NCBI GenBank assembly: GCA_963666365.2
Contig: CAXXNF010000002.1
Location: forward strand, 1,984,001-2,048,000
Direction: 5' to 3'
Origin: Syntrophales bacterium
GTDB taxonomy: Bacteria > Desulfobacterota > Syntrophia > Syntrophales > UBA2210
Length of the DNA stretch: 64,000 bases
Shown here: one piece after another, positions 1 to 10,220 of the stretch
Position numbering within the stretch: the first letter of the stretch is position 1
Layout of the letters: each line of letters opens with the position of its first letter
Notes under the pieces: generated by a model
Database searches by the model: none
Told to the model about the DNA's origin: nothing
What the model saw: only the letters and a program-made list of their open reading frames with translations
Made by a program: the position numbers and the translations under genes

Positions 1-837
1 TTCGTATCCTTCATCGTTTGCTAGGATGTCGAGATGCAGTGTGGCGATATCCTCCACATCGAGATTGGGATGTTCTTTCGTTTCTCTAAAGTCCACCGTT
101 TTTATGTACCGGTTGCACACATTACACACATCGACACGGTACTTTTCCTCATCCTCCACCGTAAAATAGGCGAGGGATTGCTGGTCCTCATTGGCACAGA
201 AGGGGCATTTAAGGCGGGAAAACCGCCATTCGAAACCGCACTGGCTGCAAAAGAGATATTTCTCTCCAGCTTCGTCACGAAGCTCGGCAATTTTGGGTTC
301 CCTGCCGCAGATCGGGCAATACCCTTCGGACCAATTCAATTGTGCAATCAGACCTTCATATTTTTCCGCCAGAATTTCGAGAGAAGGCCTCAGGCTTTCT
401 TCGACAAGAAATCCAAGAAGATCGAAAAGGGCGTCGTCCTCTTCTTCTTCGCCGGCATCTTCTTCCGCCTCGCTATTGAACGATTCACGGACCATCTTCA
501 GGAAATCAAGCCGTCCCTCCTCAAGATCGCTCATGATCTCATCGGCTTCACCAAGCTCGCGCGCCTCGGCGATTTCAAGAAGGGCAACAAAGTAGTTCTG
601 TGCTTCCCTCAGATCAATATTTCCGTTAAAAAAATCGACAATCGGCATGCCGCCTTTTATCTTCTTATCGATCAATGCATCATCGACCCTATAAATATCG
701 TGCTCGACTTTTCTTCTAAATTCTTCACGCAGAATCAATATCTCGCCCAGAATATCCAGCAACTCTTCGTAATGGGGATTCACATGCTTATAACGCTCTA
801 TTGTTTTAAGCGTTTCATTGAGCTTTGTTCCCACCAA
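1..837 (-). CDS. fdhE: Formate dehydrogenase accessory protein FdhE, 3' end runs off the window (absent from ORF track)
   Basis: Manual translation from TTG 837 or GTG 834 (RBS GAAGGGG): WSEGYCPICG, FCSQCGFEW, KCPFC, YRVDVCNVCNRYIKTVD, EDIATLHLDILANDEGY; four CxxC motifs; downstream of fdnGHI. Confidence 0.9.
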   Translation of the reverse strand, partial: MVGTKLNETLKTIERYKHVNPHYEELLDILGEILILREEFRRKVEHDIYRVDDALIDKKIKGGMPIVDFFNGNIDLREAQNYFVALLEIAEARELGEADEIMSDLEEGRLDFLKMVRESFNSEAEEDAGEEEEDDALFDLLGFLVEESLRPSLEILAEKYEGLIAQLNWSEGYCPICGREPKIAELRDEAGEKYLFCSQCGFEWRFSRLKCPFCANEDQQSLAYFTVEDEEKYRVDVCNVCNRYIKTVDFRETKEHPNLDVEDIATLHLDILANDEGYE

Positions 838-984
838 TCTACCCCCTTCATTATCCTTTTTCATATCGGGAGACCTCTATATATCCTTTTCCATTCAAGT
901 TCAAGTAAATCTTTTTTACCCTTCAAGGTGAGACTATGCCGCCGGGATTTCAGATTTGACAGTGACTTTGCCGCTCACCATAAC

Positions 985-1015
985 AAAAGGACCTGCCCGT
1001 CCGCGGGCAGGTCCT
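985..1015 (-). terminator. Intrinsic terminator after fdnI
   Basis: 12-bp perfect stem AGGACCTGCCCG/CGGGCAGGTCCT, 4-nt loop, short T run on the minus strand. Confidence 0.75.
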
Positions 1016-1037
1016 CTCTCACTGCTATATACTGCTT

Positions 1038-1706
1038 CTAGTGCTCGGCTTGCGTTTTTTCTTCACCGTACACTTCCAGTTTGCCCGACTCTTCCATTTC
1101 TTCAAGCCAGAGTGGACACTGTTTCTTCGCCCAGGCCCTGGTTACATACCCGGTAAAAATGGCCTGCGCCGATCCGGGAACACCAATGGTCCCCAAATAG
1201 AGGTGGACAAAGAAGAATGGAAATATCACCAAAAATCCCAGCGCGTGCAGGGGATACATCCAGCTTACCAGGGTTCGTGAAAAACCTAGGGGGAACCACA
1301 TGATAAGCCCGCTGATGATCATGAGGACGCCAAACAGTGCCACTGCAATGAAAAACGCCTTCTGGCCGGGGTTATATTTCCCTGTTTTGGGCACTTCGTC
1401 AACATGCCAGAGATAACCGCCCGCCACCATAATCCACTGAAGATCTTCAGGAAACTTGAAGATCGCCGCTTCTTTCCACCAGATCAGAATGGCGAAAAAA
1501 AGTGAGGGAATAAAAAGAATTCCCACGAAATTGTGGACCAGTTTCAAGTTTTTCAATCCACCAAAGGGAATTCCGATGAAATTGAACGAATGAAACATCA
1601 TTCCCAACCCCGTGATTATCAGGATCAGACACGATATGGCCAGACACCAGTGTACGATCCTTTCAAAGGAGTCGCTTACCTTTATCATTCCTTTTTTGGG
1701 AATCAT
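1038..1706 (-). CDS. fdnI: Formate dehydrogenase gamma subunit (cytochrome b556)
   Basis: ERIVHW, GKYNPGQK, four TM segments with His ligands; start moved to ATG 1706 after RBS GGAGGTG. Confidence 0.92.
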   Translation of the reverse strand: MIPKKGMIKVSDSFERIVHWCLAISCLILIITGLGMMFHSFNFIGIPFGGLKNLKLVHNFVGILFIPSLFFAILIWWKEAAIFKFPEDLQWIMVAGGYLWHVDEVPKTGKYNPGQKAFFIAVALFGVLMIISGLIMWFPLGFSRTLVSWMYPLHALGFLVIFPFFFVHLYLGTIGVPGSAQAIFTGYVTRAWAKKQCPLWLEEMEESGKLEVYGEEKTQAEH

Positions 1707-1707
1707 G

Positions 1708-2502
1708 TTATTCACCTCCTCCCTGACCCGCCTGGTCGTTGCCGCTCGTATCCTTCGGTCCATGGATGATGTAATGCAGGAATGAACCGGCCAGTACACC
1801 GCCCGCCGCAATCAGACTGAGTGGTTTGAGCCAATCTTTCCAGGCAATGACGGAAACGGGCACCCTCGGTTTTTCCGGCAGCTTGTCATAGACCGACGCC
1901 TTTTCCGGAAGCACGAATATCATATGAGTGCCGCCGACAAACTGGTCGCCGTAGACGGAAGCGTCGCCGCCCAGCTCCTTAGCGCGCGCATGAGCCAGTT
2001 GTATCATCTCGTCCTTGTCGCCGAATTGAAGCGCTCCCGTGGGACAGGCCTTTACACAGGCAGGTTCCAGGTTATTGTCGATCCGGGAATAGCAGAGATC
2101 GCATTTGGCAATCTTGTCCGTCTCTGGATCATACCGGGGGACATCAAAGGGACAGGCGAATATGCACTCCTTACAGCCGATACATTTACTGCGATCGAGC
2201 GCCACAGTGCCGTACTTTGTATGATGAAGCGCGCCGCTGGGGCAGACTTTCACACAGGCCGCATCGGTACAGTGCATGCACGCATCTTTTCTGAACAGCC
2301 ATTTCACAGCGCCATTTCCATCGGAAACCTCCTGGAATCTGATGAGCATCCAGGTCGTAGGCTGAAGGTCGGGGGGGTTCTGGTACGATCCCCTGTTGAT
2401 CGTTTGTTTCGCCGGAAGCTGGTTCCACTGTTTACACGCCAGTTGGCAACCTCTGCACCCGGTGCACTTCGAAAGATCGTAGAGCTTAACTTTTTCAGAC
2501 AT
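1708..2502 (-). CDS. fdnH: Formate dehydrogenase beta (Fe-S) subunit
   Basis: CTGCRGCQLAC, CMHCTDAACVKVCP, CIGCKECIFACP, CDLC...CVKACP; C-terminal TM anchor. Confidence 0.95.
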   Translation of the reverse strand: MSEKVKLYDLSKCTGCRGCQLACKQWNQLPAKQTINRGSYQNPPDLQPTTWMLIRFQEVSDGNGAVKWLFRKDACMHCTDAACVKVCPSGALHHTKYGTVALDRSKCIGCKECIFACPFDVPRYDPETDKIAKCDLCYSRIDNNLEPACVKACPTGALQFGDKDEMIQLAHARAKELGGDASVYGDQFVGGTHMIFVLPEKASVYDKLPEKPRVPVSVIAWKDWLKPLSLIAAGGVLAGSFLHYIIHGPKDTSGNDQAGQGGGE

Positions 2503-2505
2503 CGT

Positions 2506-5500
2506 TTAGACCCCCTTCCTTTCAACATTGACCATGAATGATTTGCTCTCCGGAATCATGGTGTTGGGATCACCGATGAAGGGTGTTAGCAGGTTCGCCG
2601 AGTCACCGGTAGTGAACACCTCGGGCACCTTGTCTCCGTGGACAAACTTTCTCATGGCCGTGGTCACCCAGCCGAAATGCCAGGGGATACCGACCTGGTG
2701 CACTGTCTGCCCTGCAATGTCGAAGGGTTTGAAGCGTTCCGTCACAATGGCGACACAGTCCACTTCTCCACGGGCCGATTTGACCATCACATGCTCGCCG
2801 TTCCTAATGCCCCTGAGCTTTGCCAGCTCGACGCTCATTTCCACAAACATCTCGGGCTGCATTTCTGCAAGCCAGGGAGTCCACCGTGTCATAACGCCGG
2901 TCTGCCAATGCTCGCTCACGCGATAGGTGGAACAGACAAAGGGGTACCGCGGGTCGCAGGTCGCTCTCTTGTCGAGTTCGGTTCCCTCAACATCAAATCG
3001 GAACGATGTGGGATTGATGTACTGCGGCGACATCAGATTTTTTTCGATGGGACACTCAAGGGGCTCGTAATGCTCCGGGAAGGGCCCGTCTTTGAGGCCG
3101 GGGCCGAAGATGCTCCCCACCCCGTGAGGTTTCATTATGAAGGGCGGTCTGCCGGAACCGGGCGCCGCAACGCCGTCGGGCACATCGCCGACCCATTTGC
3201 TCCCGTTCCATAGGATAACGGGATGCTTTTTGTCCCAGGGTTCTCCCGTTTCGGGATCGACCGAGGCGCCGTTGTAAATGATCCGACGATTGACGGGCCA
3301 GCACCAGGCCCACTCGGGGTAGAGGCCGATTCCCGATTCGTCCTTTTTCCCTCTTCGGGCCGCCATATTGCCCTTCTCAGTATAGGAATTGCAATAAAGC
3401 CAGTTGCCCGACGAAGTGGAGCCATCGTCCTGCAGGAAGGCAAAGCTGGGAACCAGTGTACCCTTCTTGTAGAGCTTACCCTTGATCTCCTTGTCTTCCA
3501 GAAAGTATCCGTTGATCTCCCTGGCGATATAGTGCACGTCAAGGTGGCGCACCTTGCCATCGGCGCCCTTGGGACCATAGTCCCAGGTCATACTGGTGAT
3601 GGCCTCTGCGAGGGGACCACCCTCTTTTTCATAAAGTTCCCTCACTTTGTAATAAAGCTCGGAGATAATCTCCCCGTCAGGCAGGGCATCTCCAGGCGGC
3701 TCTACCGCCTTGTAGCGCCACTGCATCCAACGGCCGCTATTGGTGATGCTTCCCTCTTTTTCAATCGATGCGGCGCAGGGAAGACTGAAAACCTCTGTCT
3801 TGATCTTTGTCGGATCCATCCCGGGGCCTCTCCAGAAATTCCCCGTTTCCGTATCGAAGATATTGACGTTCACCATCCAGTCGAGCTTCGTCAGCGCCTG
3901 GCGGGTCTTGTTCGAGCTTGCGCCGCTGCAGGCGGGGTTCTGGCCCCAGGAAAAGAAGCCCGTAAACTTTTCCTTGTACATCTCGTCAAAGATGTTGAGC
4001 CATGAATAGGTCTTGCCGTCGTCAAGCTTCGGCAAATATTCATAAGCCTCTTCCAAAGAAACATTCATGCCGTAATGAGCCCTCAGGAGACTTGCCACAT
4101 ATTTCGGCTTGTTGCTCCACCAGTTAAGGCTCTTGGGCTCCTTCGTTTTTGGCGTATTCTTTTCGTTGTAGGCTGCAAGGGTCGGAAGCGACGCGGTCGG
4201 CGTCTGCAAGTATCCCGGCAGGATATGAAACAGCAGACACTGGTCCGTCGATCCCTGCACGTTCGACTCGCCCCGAAGCGCGTTGACGCCGCCGCCCGCA
4301 ACCCCCATGTTTCCAAGGAGAAGCTGAATGATGGACATGGTGCGGATGTTCTGCACACCCACCGTATGCTGGGTCCATCCCATGGCGTACATGATGGTCC
4401 CCGCCTTGCCGACTTCGCCCGTCTTTGTATAGGCCTTGTACACTGCGAGAAGCTTGTCTTTGGGGGTGCCCGTAATCTTCGAAACCAGGTCGATTTCATA
4501 TCTCGAATAGTGCTTTTTCAAAAGCTGAAACACGCAATTGGGATCCGAAAGCGTCATGTCTTTTTTGACGACGCCGTCGGCATCCGTCTGGAATGACCAG
4601 GTCGATTTGTCGTACTTGCTGTCCACAAGCCCGGAGAACACTCCCTCATTCTCACCGGGCATTTTGAACTCCGGGTTTACCAGGAAGGACGCATTGGTGT
4701 AATACTTCACATACTTTTCCTGAATCAGTTTATTATCCAGGATGTACTTAATCATGCCGCCGAGAAAGGCAATATCACTGCCCGATCTCAACGGGGCGTA
4801 AATATGCGCCTTCGAAGAGGTCTGCGTAAATCTTGGATCGACGTTGATCAGGGTTGCGCCTTTTTCTATTGCTTTGGTTACGTACTTAAATGAAATGGGA
4901 TGATTGGCCGCTGCATTACTTCCCATAATTAATATACAGTCACTGTGTTGGATATCGATCCAGTGATTGGTCATCGCACCGCGTCCGAACGACTCTGCCA
5001 GAGCCGCAACAGTAGCGGAGTGTCAGATACGGGCCTGGTGTTCAATATAGACCAGACCCAACCCCCTCAAGAATTTTTGATAGATGAAACACTCTTCGTT
5101 ATCCATGGCAGCGCTTCCGACGGATGCGATCCCGTTGGTCCTGTTCACCACCTGGCCTTTTTTATTTGTGATGGTAAAACTTTCGTCCCTGCTCTTTTTA
5201 ATGTTCTTTGCAATCTTATCAAGAGCCCACTCCCAGGAAACTGCCTTCCATTCGGATGCATAAGGCGCTCGATAAAGCACTTTATCCATTCTGTTTTCGT
5301 TTACCGAAAGCTGATAAATCGAACCTCCCTTACTGCACAGCGATCCTCTGTTTACGGGGTGATCAGGATCCCCTTCCGTATTGATCACCTTCCCATTACG
5401 GGCGGACACGATAATACTGCATCCCACGGCACAGTATGGACAGATCGTTGTGGTCTCTTTAGCATACTTGATCTTCAAGGGCTCCGCATAGGCGGACACC

Positions 5501-5586
5501 GGCTTCAGATTGACACCGATACCACTTGCCATCAACGCAGCGCCCGAGATCTTCAAGAAACCTCGTCTGCTAACATCCATGCTCAA
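2506..5586 (-). CDS. fdnG: Selenocysteine-containing formate dehydrogenase alpha subunit, 1026 aa (joins track ORFs 5023..5586 and 2506..4974)
   Basis: Tat motif SRRGFLK, CPYCAVGC; in-frame TGA at 5023-5025 reads EHQARI-U-HSATVAALAESFGRGAMTNHW, the canonical FDH Sec site; ALRGESNVQG motif. Confidence 0.97.
4989..5007 (-). promoter_or_regulatory. SECIS-like hairpin of fdnG
   Basis: GCGGCUCU-GGC-AGAGUCGU begins 15 nt after the UGA; loop starts with G. Confidence 0.75.
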
Positions 5587-5624
5587 CGCTCCTTTCTTTA
5601 TTTAATATCGCACCTTTTCACGCT

Positions 5625-5745
5625 CTTAGCCTTTCCAAGCACAGGAGGCATAACCGCTTCCAACTTGCTTACCCTCCACCAAATACTCATTAGAAGCAGT
5701 GAATGGAAGAGCATTTATCACCTGAAGCAATGACCTCAGGATATC
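5625..5745 (-). ncRNA. Probable Moco RNA motif (molybdenum/tungsten cofactor riboswitch candidate) in the fdnG leader; 5' boundary approximate
   Basis: Minus strand AGGGU...GUUGGAAGCGGU...GCCUCCUGUGCUUGGAAAGG resembles the recalled 3' half of the E. coli moaA Moco motif; upstream of a Mo/W enzyme. Confidence 0.55.
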
Positions 5746-5837
5746 ACTGACCGTTGGTCATAAGATTATTTCCAATAGCAACGGCAACTGTCAAAGTCAA
5801 GTCATTTTTCCATATTTCTCTAATAAATACCCTTTGT

Positions 5838-5855
5838 TATGCCAATTATGACATA
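5838..5855. promoter_or_regulatory. Palindromic operator TATGcCA-N4-TGACATA between fdnG and the ModE-like gene
   Basis: TATGCCAATTATGACATA; second copy at 6513-6530. Confidence 0.65.
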
Positions 5856-6023
5856 TGGTTTTCCCGCAGCAGACCGCTTTTTCACATATTCACCTCCGAA
5901 AAAGGTTCGTGACCTTATAAGATCAGTATTTTTGATGCATTTCTTGCATGATTTTTTTAATCATGTTACAAGTTAATCGTTTTGGACAGTTGGTACGACG
6001 GAAAAGAAAGGGGGAACGGAACC

Positions 6024-6365
6024 ATAGAGATCAAGTATAAAATATGGCTGGAGAAAGACGGCCGCGTGCTCTTCGGTCACGGCCGGGAAGAGTTGTTGCG
6101 CGCCATCGATGAATGCAACAGCCTCAGTGCGGCGGCAAAAAAGCTCAATATGTCCTACCGGGCCGCATGGGGCAGGCTCAAGGCTTCAGAAGAACGGCTT
6201 GGCATAGAACTGGTGGACCGTTCTCAGGGAAAGAGCATGCACCTTACCCCGGTCGCACGGGAATTGCTCAATCAGTTCGACGAGTTAGAAAAAGATACGG
6301 CGCACATGCTGCACAAGGCGTATCAAAAGCTTTCCCATATCATCGATTCCCCTTCCGGAAAATAA
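6024..6365 (+). CDS. ModE-like winged-HTH regulator without molybdate-binding TOBE domain; start uncertain (ATA 6024 or TTG 5982)
   Basis: KIWLEKDG...FGHGR..LL.AIDECNSLSAAAKKLNMSYRAAWGRLKASEERLG; G-rich RBS at 6010-6014. Confidence 0.85.
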   Translation: MEIKYKIWLEKDGRVLFGHGREELLRAIDECNSLSAAAKKLNMSYRAAWGRLKASEERLGIELVDRSQGKSMHLTPVARELLNQFDELEKDTAHMLHKAYQKLSHIIDSPSGK

Positions 6366-6489
6366 CCACATTCCCTGGGTATATCGGGAAAAGGTTTATA
6401 CACGCACATCAGATCAGAGAGGCGGATCATCGCATCGAGCAGGGCATTTTTACCTACCTTGCCTGTTTAGAAATCAGCACACTTTTTTA

Positions 6490-6530
6490 TTGACAACCGG
6501 CCGCCAATGACATATGTCATTTCTGACATG
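6490..6530 (+). promoter_or_regulatory. Sigma70-type promoter of the hydrogenase operon with overlapping operator TATGTCA-N4-TGACATG
   Basis: TTGACA at 6490-6495; the palindrome 6513-6530 starts 17 bp later, over the expected -10. Confidence 0.65.
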
Positions 6531-6652
6531 TCACTTGTAGCATGGGTTGTTCCATGGGTTCACTCAGAGAACGCATCGCTTTTTCAGAGACACAATCACG
6601 ATAACAGGGCGCCTTATAATGTGAGGAAAGGGTAGTCATCCAGGGAGGTCGC

Positions 6653-7822
6653 ATGGCACAGGGATCAGACTATACAAGAACGGTAAAAAAATAGTACCAG
6701 GGATTGTTAACGCACTGTGAGACACAGATGAAACGGATCGACCGGGAATTGCCGGCGCCGAGGACCGATTTCAAGGAGGCACTTTCGGATAACGGTATCA
6801 GCAGAAGAAGCTTTCTGAAATGGACGTCGCTCATGACTGCGGCGCTCATGCTGCCGCCGGTGTTCAGACCTGCCGTCGCAAGGGCCGCCGAAAATTTCAG
6901 CCGCCTTCCCATAGTGTGGCTCCATTTTGCCGAGTGCACCGGGTGCAGCGAGGCATTTCTCCGCTCATCCTACCCAAATGTGGATGACATTCTGCTGGAT
7001 ACAATTTCGCTTGAATACCATGAAACCCTTATGGCCGCTGCAGGACATCAGGCTGAGCAAAATCTGGAAAAAGCGTTGCATGATTTTACAGGAAAATTTA
7101 TCTGCGTCATCGAAGGAGCGCTGCCGACCGGTCTCAACGGCAATTATCTCACGCTGGGACCGAAGGGAAAGACGGGAATAGAGATGGCCAAAGAGGTCAC
7201 CGCCCGGGCCGCGGCCACCATCTGCATAGGAAGCTGCTCCGCCTTCGGTAATGTACAGGCAGCACGACCTAATCCCACCGATGCAGCGGGAATCAGCGCA
7301 GTCCTGGAAATCAGAACGGTCAATATCGCCGGCTGCCCGCCTAATCCCATCAATTTTACGGGAACATTGCTCCACTATCTCATGTTCGGAAGCATGCCCG
7401 CCCTTGATTCACTGGGAAGACCGGTCTGGGCATACGGCAAAAGGATTCATGACTATTGCGAACGCCGGCCCCATTATGATGCGGGTGAATTTGTCGAGCA
7501 ATGGGGCGATGAGGGCGCCAAAAAGGGCTGGTGCCTTTATAAAATGGGCTGCAAAGGACCATACACCTTTGCAAACTGCGGCAAAATCCGCTTTAACAAC
7601 GGCGTATCCTGGCCGATTATGGCGGGACATGGCTGCATGGGCTGTACCGAACCCGGGTTCTGGGACACCATGGCGCCCTTGGAAAAACCGATTTCGGAAC
7701 AGCCACTCGGCGGTGGAGAGCACACAGTCGATCGTATCGGAATGGCCCTGGCAGGGGTTGCCGTAGCAGGCGCTGCAGCCCATGGGGTGCTGACCGCAGT
7801 CAGACACAGAGATACAGAATAG
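6653..7822 (+). CDS. Group 1 [NiFe]-hydrogenase small subunit; in-frame TAG at 6692-6694 after the best start (possible pseudogene)
   Basis: RBS GGAGG plus ATG 6653 in frame with track ORF 6704; SRRSFLK, ECTGCSEA, GCPPNP, CLYKMGCKGP; C-terminal TM. Confidence 0.9.
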
Positions 7823-7853
7823 CTCGGCATAAGTCTTCGGGAGGAAACACAGT

Positions 7854-9527
7854 ATGGCTGAAAGAATTATTGTAGATCCGATCACACGAATAGAAGGGCA
7901 TTTGCGTATAGAAGTCGAAGTCGACAGCAATAATGTTATCAGCGATGCCTGGAGCAGTATCATGCTCTGGAGGGGCATTGAAACTATCCCCAAGGGAAGA
8001 GATCCCCGTGACACCGGCCTTATGGTCCAGCGATTCTGCGGCGTCTGCACGTACTCCCATTATGAAGCAAGCATAATGACCTGCGAAGACGCCTTCGGGA
8101 TCAAACCGCCGTCCAACGCCCGTCTCGTGAGAAATCTTATTAAAGGCGCCCAATATATCAATGATCACATCATGCATTTTTATCATCTCCACGGTCTCGA
8201 CTGGGTCGATATCGTAAGCGCGCTCTCGGCGGATTCTCGAAAGGCCGTAGATCTCGCAATGGCATACCACGACAATCCCTACAATTGTTCCGCAACCCAT
8301 TACCATGCGGTACAGAAACAACTGACAAAATTCGTTGAATCGGGACGCCTGGGACCATTCGCAAACGCCTACTGGGGGAATCCTTCCTACAAGCTTTCCC
8401 CCGAGGCGAATCTGGTCATTACATCTCACTATCTCGATGCGCTCGCCATATCGAAAACGGCCGCGCAGATGATGGCCATCTTCGGCGGCAAAAACCCCCA
8501 CCCTCAAAGCCTCGTCGTAGGGGGCATCACCTCGGTCATGGACGCCCTTGATGCGAGTCGACTGGGTGAATATCTTTTCCGTCTCAAAGAAATGAAAAAC
8601 TTCATTGATACGGCGTATATTCCCGATGTTCTTATCGCCGCAGCTGCATATAAAGACGAAGGTCTCGCGGGAATCGGCGCGGGAGTGCCCAACTACCTCT
8701 GCTACGGCGGGTTCCCTCTGGACGACAATTGGCATCACACACTGCTTCCGCGAGGGGTGGTCAAGGGAAGAGATATCGCCAATCCGCTCACGCTTGACGA
8801 AGCAAAGATCAAAGAAGAGGTCGACCATTCATGGTACGAAGGCAACGACAGCCTTCACCCCTATGAAGGGAAAACGGAACCCAACTATACCGGCTTTGAC
8901 AAAAACGGATTTGTAAAGGACGACGAAAAATACACCTGGTGCAAGGCCCCCCGTTATGACGGGGAACCCTTCGAGGTGGGACCGCTGGCCCGTTTCATCG
9001 TCGGTTATGCACAAGGGCACAAAGAAATCAAGCATCTCGTCGATTCGACACTGAAGACCACCGGTCTGCCCGTGACAGTACTTTTCTCCACGCTGGGGCG
9101 CACAGCGGCGCGGGCACTGGAGACAGTCCTGGTAGCGAATCATGTCGAAGGCTGGATCGATGAGCTGGTCGCCAATATCAAGGGCGGCGACACCCGCACA
9201 TGGACTCCCTGCGATGTTCCGTACAAGGGAGAAGGCAGAGGCATGAACGAAGTTCCCCGCGGTGCACTCGGCCACTGGATCAGGATCGAAGACAAAGTCA
9301 TTGCCAACTATCAGGCTGTCGTCCCCTCAACCTGGAACTGTTCCCCCAGAGATAAGGGAGGAAAGCGCGGTCCCTACGAAGAATCATTAATCGGAACGCG
9401 CCTGGCCAACGTGGATCAGCCTCTGGAAATCCTCGGGACGATTCACTCCTTCGATCCCTGCATGGCCTGCGCCGTGCATATTATCAACCCGGCTGCGAAC
9501 ACCATGAAAGAGTTCAAGGTCGCCTGA
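7854..9527 (+). CDS. Group 1 [NiFe]-hydrogenase large subunit
   Basis: DPITRIEGH, QRFCGVC, SFDPCMACAVH plus cleavable tail. Confidence 0.95.
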   Translation: MAERIIVDPITRIEGHLRIEVEVDSNNVISDAWSSIMLWRGIETIPKGRDPRDTGLMVQRFCGVCTYSHYEASIMTCEDAFGIKPPSNARLVRNLIKGAQYINDHIMHFYHLHGLDWVDIVSALSADSRKAVDLAMAYHDNPYNCSATHYHAVQKQLTKFVESGRLGPFANAYWGNPSYKLSPEANLVITSHYLDALAISKTAAQMMAIFGGKNPHPQSLVVGGITSVMDALDASRLGEYLFRLKEMKNFIDTAYIPDVLIAAAAYKDEGLAGIGAGVPNYLCYGGFPLDDNWHHTLLPRGVVKGRDIANPLTLDEAKIKEEVDHSWYEGNDSLHPYEGKTEPNYTGFDKNGFVKDDEKYTWCKAPRYDGEPFEVGPLARFIVGYAQGHKEIKHLVDSTLKTTGLPVTVLFSTLGRTAARALETVLVANHVEGWIDELVANIKGGDTRTWTPCDVPYKGEGRGMNEVPRGALGHWIRIEDKVIANYQAVVPSTWNCSPRDKGGKRGPYEESLIGTRLANVDQPLEILGTIHSFDPCMACAVHIINPAANTMKEFKVA

Positions 9528-9544
9528 TGATAAAGGAGGAGTCC

Positions 9545-10213
9545 ATGGAAGCAGTCCTACCGAAAAAAGAATGGTCCGTGGCCATACGTATCAATCACTG
9601 GCTCATGGTGCTGTCGATTTTTATTCTCATCGTGACGGGGTTCTATATTGCCAGTCCCTTCACCATATACAAGGGAGAAACGGTAGAGAAATTCTTCATG
9701 GGAGATGTGCGCTTTTACCACATTCTCTTTGGGTTCATTCTTACGTTTATCTTTCTCTGGCGGATCTATCTGGCCTTTTTTTCCAGTTTTCACGCGGACT
9801 GGAAGGACTTTTTCGCCTGGACGCGAGGGGAAAACACGATAAAGCAGCTTAAATTCTACCTCCTTATTTCAAAGGAACCGCCTGCCCATACCTATCTCTA
9901 CGGACCGCTGCAATCTGTCGCTTACGCCGGATTGTTGATCATGCTTTTTCTGATTGTCCTGACCGGTCTCATTCTGATGGGGACGGGGTTCCACGGAGGC
10001 TTGACGGCCTTTGTATACAGCGTTTTGAAACCCATTGAAAATTTAATGGGCGGTGTGGCCGTCATTCGGTGGATCCATCACCTTCTCACGTGGCTATTCA
10101 TTCTGTTTATTATTGTGCATATATATATGGCCTTCTGGTATAACGCCGTCTTCAAGGAAGGAACCGTCTCATCAATGATAAGCGGAAGGGTATTCAGAAA
10201 AGCGCACGATTGA
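9545..10213 (+). CDS. Ni/Fe-hydrogenase cytochrome b subunit
   Basis: RINHW, RFYH, RWIHH, VHIY; RBS AAGGAGGA before ATG 9545. Confidence 0.92.
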   Translation: MEAVLPKKEWSVAIRINHWLMVLSIFILIVTGFYIASPFTIYKGETVEKFFMGDVRFYHILFGFILTFIFLWRIYLAFFSSFHADWKDFFAWTRGENTIKQLKFYLLISKEPPAHTYLYGPLQSVAYAGLLIMLFLIVLTGLILMGTGFHGGLTAFVYSVLKPIENLMGGVAVIRWIHHLLTWLFILFIIVHIYMAFWYNAVFKEGTVSSMISGRVFRKAHD

Positions 10214-10220
10214 ATCGAAT

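Noticed and set aside
34..1041. 335-aa plus-strand ORF
   Set aside because: Antisense shadow of fdhE; no recognisable motifs.
2506..5586. fdnG as a split gene or pseudogene
   Set aside because: The break is one in-frame TGA at the known Sec site with a hairpin.
6692..6694. Pyrrolysine readthrough of the TAG
   Set aside because: It lies in a non-catalytic leader, TAG is the normal stop of several genes here, and neighbouring genes carry other lesions.
9445..9480. [NiFeSe]-hydrogenase
   Set aside because: The C-terminal motif is DPCMACAVH with TGC codons.
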